Of a DNA stretch of 64,000 bases, positions 56,806 to 64,000 are shown piece by piece (the first letter of the stretch is position 1; each line of letters starts with the position of its first letter). The DNA is taken from the NCBI GenBank assembly GCA_965223755.1, contig CBDCXF010000002.1, forward strand, positions 733,780 to 797,779, given 5' to 3'. The stretch comes from Candidatus Multivoradales bacterium. Its GTDB lineage: Bacteria; Acidobacteriota; Thermoanaerobaculia; Multivoradales; JAHEKO01. The position numbers and the translations under genes are program-made. Below the pieces are notes generated by a model that searched no databases, was not told the DNA's origin, and saw only the letters and a list, made by a program, of their open reading frames with translations.

Positions 56806-59394
56806 CTAGGGGTTCTCAATCAGCAACAACTCATTGGCTACCTCGCCGCGGGCAACGGCCAACCGCGTGAGGTCGGGGGAGACGGCAAAGGCGTGGATGT
56901 CGCCACTGCGGAAGTCGGTGACCTGGCGTGCTTCGCCCGACTCCACCGACACTTCGAAGATGTTCATGGTGCCCTCGACGATGCGAACTTCATAGATCGA
57001 CTCGTCACTAGCCCATGGCGAAGTTACAACGGAGTGAGACTCGAGAATCTTCGCCGGTGTCGATGCGTCGGCCGCGAAGATCCCAGTGCGGTAGGCACCG
57101 TCAACCAGAATATGAGAGTTGAAGCGAGCTCCGTCGGGTGAGAATTGCACAAGATGACTCGAGCCGTCATAGATCGGGATTGGCTCGCCCCCGTTCCAGG
57201 GCACGCGCACCATGCGCAGCCCTGTGTCAACAAGAAGGGGAAAGAACACCCATTCGCCATCTGGGGACAAGCCTGGGTTGCCATCGGTGATTTTGTCCGG
57301 AGGCGATAACCTGCGCGCCAAGCGCGCGTCGTCGTCGCTGAAACCGTAGACCCCGTATCGCTCCCCGCGCCAACCTCCACCGTAGACAACCTTGTCTGCG
57401 GCAGCAGCGGGTTGGTGAGCCCCATGCGTTGTCAGCACCCTATCGGAGCCGGTCTCCAGATCGACCTGCCACAGTTGCCAGTCCTCACCATGCGGTGCGT
57501 GGTAGATGAGAGTCTGGCTATCACGCCACGCGACACCGTCGGCACCATCACGCGGCCCCGAACTCGTGGCGACCGGCCTTGCCGTCTCGGGAGCATCGAC
57601 AGGAACGACCCACAACTGGGACCGGACGTCGTGACGAATGGTCACCACGAGCGCGCCGTCGGCGGAGCGGTCGCATCCTGAGTAGTCGTGGAAATCGGTT
57701 GAGAGCGGCGAAGTTGTCCCTGAGGCCCGGTCCAACCTCCAGATTTGGTGCGCCGAACCTTCGCTGCGGCCAGTGACCAAAATCGACTCTCCTTGCGAAT
57801 CAGGACAGATGTCGGAGATAGTGCTGAACGCTATGGTTGAAGGAATCGATACCGGATCGCCCCCGTCAGCGGAAACGACGAACAAACCCTCAGTGCGCTC
57901 GCTACCGATTTCCACCAAGAGGTCGCGCGAAGAGCTATCCCAAACAACACTCCAAAACTCCCGACCTTCAAGTTCCGTTCGTGAACGCAGCGCTCCGTCC
58001 TCCACCGACACCACCTCGAGTACGTTCCAGGGATCGTTGAACTCGTCGGCGCGCACCGCCGCCACCCACTGTCCGTCCGGGGAAATTGCGGCGTTGATGA
58101 CTCGCTCCAGAAGACGTTCCGAGGCGCCGCCCAAGATCGGGACTCGGTGCAGCTCGAACGCCGCCCCGGATTGACCGGAGACGTAGTAAAGATAATTGCC
58201 ATCACCGCTGAAACGGAGACCGCCGATAGAAAAGTCGTGTGCCGGACCGGAGACCAATTCGATGTCGGAACCGGTCTCGACCTGCTGGAGACGCACGGAA
58301 TGGGCTTGCAGCGAAGTACTCTCGTACGCGACGTAGCGACCATCGGGAGAGATCGCCGAAGAATTCGGGGTCCCCTGAGTGGTCAACCTCCGAACCTCTT
58401 GCCGCGCCGCCGGCTCGTCCCCGGGATCGCGTTGCAGCCAGAGGACCGCGAGCGCTACCGCCGCGACTGCCGCCAATGCCCACGGAACCCACCGCCAGCG
58501 TGGCTTAGCGGGAGCAACCGCTGCCGGTACCTCCAACGAGCCCGAATCCAACTCCTCTTTGAGTTCCAACAAATCGTTGCGCAGGTCGAGAGCCGTCTGG
58601 TAACGCCGCCGCGGGTCCTTCTGCAGGCAGCGGCGCACGATCCGGCCAAGATGCCTAGGGAACTGCGACCGCACTTCGGTGACCGAAGTGGGATCGTCAC
58701 GCAGGATTGAACTGATCACCGACATGCCGCTCTCCCCCTGAAAGGGGCGCTCACCGGTGGCCATCTCGTAGAGCATCACCCCGAGAGAAAAGATGTCGCT
58801 GCGGTGGTCGACGGGCTTGCCCTCCGCTTGCTCGGGCGACATGTAGGCCACCGTTCCCAGAATGCGGCCTTCTTCGGTCAGGCTTTCGGTTGAGCCGATG
58901 CTCTCGGCCAGATCCATTCCTTCAGCGGTCTTGGCGAGGCCGAAATCGAGTACGCGGACGCGATCCTCAGTGTCGATGAGAACGTTGGCCGGCTTGAGGT
59001 CACGGTGAGTGATGCCTTGTTTGTGGGCGGCGGCCACGGCCTCCGCCAGCGGCACCGCGACTTCGAAAAAATTTGCCAAGGCCATTCCCTGACGCGGAAT
59101 GTGTTTCGCCAGCGGCTTACCGTCCACCAACTCCATGACCAGGAAGAGCTGTTCGTCCTCTTCTTCGATCGAATGAAGGGTGACGATGTTGGGATGCTGC
59201 AACGCCGCAACCGTCTTGGCTTCTCGCTCGAAGCGGGTCCGGCGCTGGGCGTTATCGGAGAGGGATCGAGGAAGTATCTTGAGTGCGACCTTGCGCCCCA
59301 GCCGTTGATCTAGGGCCTCATACACTTCTCCCATGCCGCCCTTGCCGAGCAGTTTGACGATCTTGTAGTGGCCTAGTAGGCGACCGGGTTCCAC
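56806..59394 (-). CDS. Hanks-type Ser/Thr protein kinase with TM segment and C-terminal TolB-like (WD40-like) beta-propeller repeats
   Basis: GTG start with [22 protein letters not shown] (G-loop), VALKIL (K), [19 protein letters not shown]-like [22 protein letters not shown]. Repeated SPDG-x-VAY / DG-x-YLYYVS propeller blades over ~500 aa. Confidence 0.8.
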   Translation of the reverse strand: MEPGRLLGHYKIVKLLGKGGMGEVYEALDQRLGRKVALKILPRSLSDNAQRRTRFEREAKTVAALQHPNIVTLHSIEEEDEQLFLVMELVDGKPLAKHIPRQGMALANFFEVAVPLAEAVAAAHKQGITHRDLKPANVLIDTEDRVRVLDFGLAKTAEGMDLAESIGSTESLTEEGRILGTVAYMSPEQAEGKPVDHRSDIFSLGVMLYEMATGERPFQGESGMSVISSILRDDPTSVTEVRSQFPRHLGRIVRRCLQKDPRRRYQTALDLRNDLLELKEELDSGSLEVPAAVAPAKPRWRWVPWALAAVAAVALAVLWLQRDPGDEPAARQEVRRLTTQGTPNSSAISPDGRYVAYESTSLQAHSVRLQQVETGSDIELVSGPAHDFSIGGLRFSGDGNYLYYVSGQSGAAFELHRVPILGGASERLLERVINAAISPDGQWVAAVRADEFNDPWNVLEVVSVEDGALRSRTELEGREFWSVVWDSSSRDLLVEIGSERTEGLFVVSADGGDPVSIPSTIAFSTISDICPDSQGESILVTGRSEGSAHQIWRLDRASGTTSPLSTDFHDYSGCDRSADGALVVTIRHDVRSQLWVVPVDAPETARPVATSSGPRDGADGVAWRDSQTLIYHAPHGEDWQLWQVDLETGSDRVLTTHGAHQPAAAADKVVYGGGWRGERYGVYGFSDDDARLARRLSPPDKITDGNPGLSPDGEWVFFPLLVDTGLRMVRVPWNGGEPIPIYDGSSHLVQFSPDGARFNSHILVDGAYRTGIFAADASTPAKILESHSVVTSPWASDESIYEVRIVEGTMNIFEVSVESGEARQVTDFRSGDIHAFAVSPDLTRLAVARGEVANELLLIENP

Positions 59395-59400
59395 AGCCTC

Positions 59401-59444
59401 TCCAAAAAAACCGGCGCTGATTGTACCGGTTCGTTGGTTTTCAG
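59401..59444 (-). promoter_or_regulatory. Hairpin + U7 (terminator-like) immediately upstream of the kinase RBS
   Basis: Minus-strand reading ...ACCGGtacaatcagcgCCGGTTTTTTTGGAGAGGCTGTG: 5-bp GC stem, 11-nt loop, seven U's abutting the Shine-Dalgarno. Also flanked by an A-run on the other side (bidirectional form). Confidence 0.3.
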
Positions 59445-59559
59445 CCGGGCTTCGAGGCCGGCGCGCCGAGATTCAGACATGCAGTATTCTCAGTAGCAGC
59501 GACCGCCGTTTTCGGCGCATCGTGAATTCTCATTGCGCCGTTCGGCCTGCGACACCAAG

Positions 59560-61161
59560 ATGCCTAAGCGATCGCCCCATGAGCAGCGTATGGCGAAGAT
59601 CAGCCGACGCTTGGTCCCCTCCGAGTTCCTTGACGACCCAGTCCTCCGGGCAGCAATTCAGCGTAGCGCTCAAATGGACATCGCGGCTCGGAAGGAGCTT
59701 CGGGATCTCCGCAGGAAAATCGACCTCCTAGGGCACAGGGTATCGAACTCATCTTCTGGGCTTCGAATGGCGACGGAACTGCGTAGGTTCTGGCTCGAAT
59801 ACTTCGAGCGGTTCTTGCAGCACGGTCCTCATTCGTTACCTTCAAGTTTCAATGTAATCGAAGCCTTTTTGGAGTTTGAAGCGGAGCTATTTACGTTCGC
59901 GCTGCGCCCCGAGAATGAACATATTCTGGCGTTCGGTCACTACCTAGACTGGTACACCGCAGGCGGCTTTCCAGACGCGCCAGGATCGCTGGTCGACATA
60001 ATGGACGAAGGACTCATCTACTCGTACGACTTTGTTCTTTCTTCTGATCGACCACTTCTCAGAGCTGGTTCATCCAAACTTTCCATTGCCGGCATCTCCC
60101 TGGTAAGGCACGGTGACGAACTATCCGTGCTCCTACTTGCCGGGGAAGACCCACCGGTGCTGGCTGAACACTCAGATGACGCAGTTTCCGCTTCTGGCAA
60201 AGAGGCACTACGCCCAGCAGCAAAGCTAAGCAGCGAAGACAGGATGCTGGAAGGCTTCCCAAGTTGCAGTCGGGTCTTGCTTGCTACCCGCTTCGACCTT
60301 TCGAGTAGCTCAAGCGATGTTCGTTACCTGCTGGTGGACTTAGGCAACTCGTACCAAATCGCCACCGATGACTATGATGCGATCACGCGCGCCTTTCGTT
60401 TTGAGCCTTTTGATCCGCGGCTCACCAAACTCCGAGAAGCCCAAGCCGCCAGTTTAGCCCGGTATGCGGATCTGTTCTCAGCCTCAGCCTCTCTGATGTA
60501 CCTACCGGCGTTTTTCCTTGCTCAATCCCACAACTGGCACGACACAGAATTCCTTACGGAGCTTGGCATTGAGATCGAGGACCCGAAGACCAAGCGCTCA
60601 CACCGCGAGATGGGAGGCAGGTACTTAAGACCGAGGCGACGGGTTCGATGCCTGACAGCACCTTATGCTGCAACGTCTGCTGGTTTTAGCGTACGACCAC
60701 CGGAGTTGGAGTTCGCGTCAGAAGGCTACTGGAAGGCGCTGCCTCCCAGTCAGTTCGGCACGACGCCCGATGGACACGCGATCGTAGGCAAAACGTGGGT
60801 CAAGCGCACTGAGGCCTGGGAGTCAAGCACGCCGGCTGAATTTCTGGCGCAGAGAGCAACCCCCACACGCACCTGTCAGGAGTACGTTTACGTCGCACGT
60901 AGCCCTTCTCACGAATCGGATCTGTATAAGGTGGGCATGACAACGAGGGACGTTCCCACAAGGCTCTCCGAGCTTTCTGCCTCGACAGCTGCGCCGCTAC
61001 CGTTTGAGACCCTCGCCCGCTGGCCCGTCGCAGATGCTGCGGCTGCAGAAGCAGAGGTCCACGATGCGCTAGCCCAGTATCGCGTGTCACCTCGGCGAGA
61101 ATTTTTCCACGCGCCGCTCTCTACGATCATACAAACCATCGACCGAGTGCTGGCCCGCTAA
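59560..61161 (+). CDS. Protein with ~430-aa N-terminal domain of unknown function and C-terminal T5orf172 / MUG113 (GIY-YIG-like putative nuclease) domain. Lower-GC, probably horizontally acquired
   Basis: C-terminal ~90 aa YVYVARSPSHESDLYKVGMTTRDVPTRLSELSASTAAPLPFETLARWPVADAAAAEAEVHDALAQYRVSPRREFFHAPLSTIIQTI fit the T5orf172 pattern (YKIG-T, R--EL, E--lH--l---R---EFF). Stretches of 45-55% GC vs ~65% flanks. Start could also be TTG 59533 or ATG 59590. Confidence 0.6.
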   Translation: MPKRSPHEQRMAKISRRLVPSEFLDDPVLRAAIQRSAQMDIAARKELRDLRRKIDLLGHRVSNSSSGLRMATELRRFWLEYFERFLQHGPHSLPSSFNVIEAFLEFEAELFTFALRPENEHILAFGHYLDWYTAGGFPDAPGSLVDIMDEGLIYSYDFVLSSDRPLLRAGSSKLSIAGISLVRHGDELSVLLLAGEDPPVLAEHSDDAVSASGKEALRPAAKLSSEDRMLEGFPSCSRVLLATRFDLSSSSSDVRYLLVDLGNSYQIATDDYDAITRAFRFEPFDPRLTKLREAQAASLARYADLFSASASLMYLPAFFLAQSHNWHDTEFLTELGIEIEDPKTKRSHREMGGRYLRPRRRVRCLTAPYAATSAGFSVRPPELEFASEGYWKALPPSQFGTTPDGHAIVGKTWVKRTEAWESSTPAEFLAQRATPTRTCQEYVYVARSPSHESDLYKVGMTTRDVPTRLSELSASTAAPLPFETLARWPVADAAAAEAEVHDALAQYRVSPRREFFHAPLSTIIQTIDRVLAR

Positions 61162-61425
61162 AGGTAACGACCCCGCAGGCATTCAGGCCGAAGTGTCTTT
61201 CGAGGCATGGCTGGATGGGTCTCGATCTGCACGCCATTCTCCTGTCCTTTGAGAACATTGATTAGGCGGACAGCTCCTCACCCATGAGCCGGACCTTTCT
61301 ACAGCCTGTCTAGGGTGAGCCATCTCATTGCGAAGATCCCTCGAGCGGCCGGAACTTGGCCAGCCCCCTTCTGATTGGACGGCTGAGCGACAGAACGGCA
61401 CCTGACCGCGTCGATCTAGGGGGGG

Positions 61426-61668
61426 CTAGTCCTCGTCAGACCGTCGATGAGCGCGGTAGACCAAACAGCCGAGGATTCCCACGATCGTGAAGGGTGTGGC
61501 GAGAAGAAAGAGAATTCCGCCGCGAAGCGCGCCGGCGAGCTCCTGCCCTTCAGGAGAGGCAAGAGCGTTGCGGCACAGTGCGCACTGGGCAGCAGTCGGC
61601 TCGGCCGCGAGCAGCCAAATTGCGGCCACAACCGTAAGGGCCGCCGCCAAGGGCCAACGCCGAATCAC
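61426..61668 (-). CDS. Small membrane protein (signal/TM - CALC motif - C-terminal TM) downstream of cytochrome oxidase subunit IV
   Basis: GTG 61668 overlapping coxIV stop (GTGA). VIRRWPLAAALTVVAAIWLLAAEPTAAQCALCRNALASPEGQELAGALRGGILFLLATPFTIVGILGCLVYRAHRRSDED (80 aa). ORF-track lists a longer 178-aa frame that overlaps coxIV. Confidence 0.4.
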   Translation of the reverse strand: MIRRWPLAAALTVVAAIWLLAAEPTAAQCALCRNALASPEGQELAGALRGGILFLLATPFTIVGILGCLVYRAHRRSDED

Positions 61669-62009
61669 GTCCCTCCCATCCCCAGGATGCGCAGCCCGTC
61701 GGGAACAATGAGCGCGAAGAGAATGAATCCGTTCACCAGCAGACCCAACAGCACCGCCATTCCCAAAGCCAGTCGCTCGAACCGCAGATGCATGAAGAAG
61801 GCGGCTATCAGCCAGGCTTTGAGCAACATGGCCACCACCAGAATGAAGATCAACAGGCCTCGTGGCAGACCTCCCGACGTGGACCCCAACGCCTGCGCGG
61901 TGGGGCGATCCACGAACAACATCACCAGGGTGACCAACAACAGGATTCCCCAGATGCGCCAATAGAACCCGTATCCGGGTGTGTTCTCGTGTGCCATAAC
62001 CAACCTCAA
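61665..62009 (-). CDS. Cytochrome c oxidase subunit IV (prokaryotic CoxD/CtaF-type)
   Basis: 114 aa, three TM helices. MAHENTPGYGFYWRIWGILLLVTLVMLF...KAWLIAAFFMHL typical of bacterial subunit IV. Confidence 0.7.
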   Translation of the reverse strand: MRLVMAHENTPGYGFYWRIWGILLLVTLVMLFVDRPTAQALGSTSGGLPRGLLIFILVVAMLLKAWLIAAFFMHLRFERLALGMAVLLGLLVNGFILFALIVPDGLRILGMGGT

Positions 62010-62028
62010 GTCGATTGCGAGCCCATCT

Positions 62029-62634
62029 TCAGATGAGATAAAAGCAGGTGAAGACGAAAACCCAAACGAGGTCGACGAAGTGCCAGTAAAGACCGGCCAT
62101 CTCGACGCCCTCCGGTTTGGTAATCCCTTTCGCCCAGCGTAGCGCGGTAATCGCCAGAATCACCACACCGGAGAGCACGTGAGTTCCGTGGAAACCGGTG
62201 ATGAGGAAGAAGTAGGCACCGAACTGTGCCGACCCCCAAGGATTCGAACTGAGCGTCGCACCGGCGTGGATGAGGTGCGACCACTCAAAAGCCTGCATGA
62301 CCAAGAAGACCAACCCGATCGCCGCCGTCAGCCAAAGGAAACGCGAAGTGGCCTTGCGGTCGCCCACCGCGCTCGCCCGCACTGCGCTTGCCATGGTCGC
62401 GCTGGAGGTGATCAAGATGAAGGTCATCGCGGCGATGAAGGTGATGTTGAAGACGGCGCTTTGATCGGGCCAGGTCGCAGTCGTCAGGCGCGCGAATCCA
62501 TAGGACGCCAAGAAGCCCGCGAACAACAATCCATCGGTAATGATGAAGACCCACATCATCACCTTGCGCCAACCGGAGTCGGTGGCGTCGGGGTTTGCCG
62601 CCAAGATGTCTCTATCTAGGACCTGCTCAGCCAT
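62029..62634 (-). CDS. ctaE: Cytochrome c oxidase subunit III
   Basis: 201 aa. GFHGTHVLSGVVILA and YWHFVDLVWVFVF motifs. Confidence 0.85.
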   Translation of the reverse strand: MAEQVLDRDILAANPDATDSGWRKVMMWVFIITDGLLFAGFLASYGFARLTTATWPDQSAVFNITFIAAMTFILITSSATMASAVRASAVGDRKATSRFLWLTAAIGLVFLVMQAFEWSHLIHAGATLSSNPWGSAQFGAYFFLITGFHGTHVLSGVVILAITALRWAKGITKPEGVEMAGLYWHFVDLVWVFVFTCFYLI

Positions 62635-62652
62635 ATTCGCTCCTCCGTTGCT

Positions 62653-63207
62653 CTAGCCCCACCTCATACCCAGCAGCAGCAACACCCAAACCGCGGCAAA
62701 GAAATGCCAGTAGGTCGCGCACAAGGTGAGTCGGCGCGCGCGCTCGGCCGGTGCGGTTTCCCAGTTGACCGTCGCCCAGGTCAACATCGCCAATCCTCCG
62801 AGAACGTGCACGGCGTGCACACCAGTGAGCAAGTAGAAAAATGAACTGTGGGGGCTGCTAGGGATGAAGACACCTTGAGCGGCGAGTTGGTTCCAGGCAA
62901 AAACCTGACAAACCACAAACGCACACCCCAAAAGAACCGTCGGGATCATGCTGGATCGGCCGGCGCCGTTCTCGGCTCTCAGTCGTGCCACTTCCAGCGC
63001 GCCACTGCTGGCGATAAGAAACGCGGTACTGAGCCACAACGCGACCGGCAGTTGCACCGGAACCCAATCGGCTCCCGAACGGCGCACGATGTAGGCGCTG
63101 CCGAACGCCGCAAACAGCATCGTCGCGGTCCCCAAAAAAGCCCACAGACCCAGCAACGCGGGGTCCAAGGGCCGCGCGCGGCTGTTTCCCAAGGTCTTCT
63201 CAGGCAT
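62653..63207 (-). CDS. Second cytochrome c oxidase subunit III-family protein
   Basis: 184 aa, 5 TM. LTGVHAVHVLGGLAML and ATYWHFFAAVWVLLL motifs parallel those of the adjacent subunit III gene. Confidence 0.7.
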   Translation of the reverse strand: MPEKTLGNSRARPLDPALLGLWAFLGTATMLFAAFGSAYIVRRSGADWVPVQLPVALWLSTAFLIASSGALEVARLRAENGAGRSSMIPTVLLGCAFVVCQVFAWNQLAAQGVFIPSSPHSSFFYLLTGVHAVHVLGGLAMLTWATVNWETAPAERARRLTLCATYWHFFAAVWVLLLLGMRWG

Positions 63208-64000
63208 CGCCCGCCTGAGGTGAATAGCCGCCTAAGCCGACATCCGGTCCGTATTCGTAGGCCCACTGGCTCACTTGTGGCGGCCGCTCGGGCCAATTGC
63301 CGTGGACCGGCGGCGAGGGAAGGGTCCACTCGAGGGTCGTCGCCTCCCATGGGTTCTCGCCAGCGCGCTCGCCGCGCAGCAGACTCCAGCAGAAATTGAC
63401 CATGAAGAGCAGTTGGGAGGCGCCCATAACGAACGCCGCCAGCGTCACTAGTACCTGCAGATCGTGGGTGGACTCCAAAAAGGAGTAGTCCTTGAACGAG
63501 TAATAGCGGCGCGGCATTCCCGTCATGCCGATGAAGTGCTGGGTGAGGAAGACCGAATAGAACGACACGATCGTCAGCCAGAAGTGGGCCTTGCCCAGGG
63601 TCTCGTTCATGCGCCGACCGAAGATCTTCGGAAACCAGAAGTAGACCGCTGCAAAGGTCCCCAACAGGGTCACTCCGCCGATCATGAAGTGGAAGTGGCC
63701 GACGACGAAGTAGGTGTCGTGAAGCTGGATGTCTGCGGTAGCGTTGCCGAGAAAAATGCCGCCGAAACCGCCGGTCCCAAAGAACGCAATCAACCCGAGC
63801 GCGAACAGCATCGGCGTGCGCAGTCGCAGAGCGCCCCCCCACAGGCTGGCGAGCATGTTGACGCCGATGATCGCCGAAGGAACCGTGATCACCAGGGTCA
63901 TGATGGTGAAGTATTCGCCGGAGTAGGGGCTCATGCCGCTGACGAACATGTGATGACCCCAAACGATCATCGACAGAGCGCCGATCGCCAGATAGCAGTA
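63200..64000 (-). CDS. ctaD: Cytochrome c oxidase subunit I, C-terminal part (gene continues beyond window end)
   Basis: IVWGHHMFVSGM, HDTYFVVGHFHFMIGG (heme a3/CuB histidines), GMPRRY motif. Frame stays open to position 64000. Confidence 0.85.
   Translation of the reverse strand, partial: YCYLAIGALSMIVWGHHMFVSGMSPYSGEYFTIMTLVITVPSAIIGVNMLASLWGGALRLRTPMLFALGLIAFFGTGGFGGIFLGNATADIQLHDTYFVVGHFHFMIGGVTLLGTFAAVYFWFPKIFGRRMNETLGKAHFWLTIVSFYSVFLTQHFIGMTGMPRRYYSFKDYSFLESTHDLQVLVTLAAFVMGASQLLFMVNFCWSLLRGERAGENPWEATTLEWTLPSPPVHGNWPERPPQVSQWAYEYGPDVGLGGYSPQAGDA

Overview
GC-rich (~63-65%) chromosomal segment from a Gram-negative, probably marine or environmental bacterium. The phylum cannot be assigned from sequence alone. 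The backbone is housekeeping and envelope genes. The main loci are as follows.

- **Carbon metabolism and envelope:** transketolase, an O-antigen-ligase-like protein, a sulfatase-like enzyme and a PNPOx/amidohydrolase fusion.
- **Na+-NQR locus:** nqrABCDEF-apbE, with nqrM and a CBS-domain protein displaced downstream of an inverted metalloprotease gene.
- **Regulators and surface proteins:** a CadC-like regulator, an ECF sigma/anti-sigma pair divergent from a 1,327-aa DUF11 repeat surface protein, and a FecI/FecR/TonB-transducer signalling triad.
- **SOS mutagenesis:** a lexA-imuA-imuB-dnaE2 operon followed by an SplB-like radical SAM gene.
- **Tryptophan:** a DAHP-synthase-trpEGD(CF)BA supraoperon.
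- **Signalling and respiration:** a Ser/Thr kinase with TolB-like beta-propeller, and the start of a caa3-type cytochrome oxidase cluster.

The features I consider most worth follow-up are these.

1. Two different tRNA-Ser genes (GCU at 298-389, UGA at 47623-47712) are each followed directly by a tandem array of structured repeats. The two arrays share a ~48-nt hairpin core with compensatory stem substitutions.
2. A Trp-rich leader peptide (MTILALLRTTSGAWWWPN) plus terminator/antiterminator sits upstream of the aro-trp operon.
3. A 179-bp element bounded by terminal inverted repeats is inserted exactly between nqrD and nqrE.
4. A lower-GC single-gene islet encodes a 533-aa protein with a C-terminal T5orf172/MUG113 (GIY-YIG-like) domain.
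5. Several short tandem repeats sit exactly on stop codons of convergent genes. One is a (TGGTTAG)6 array that places stops in all six frames.
6. A small-protein plus minimal-nucleotidyltransferase pair looks like a toxin-antitoxin module.

No CRISPR array, integrase or transposase is detectable in the window.
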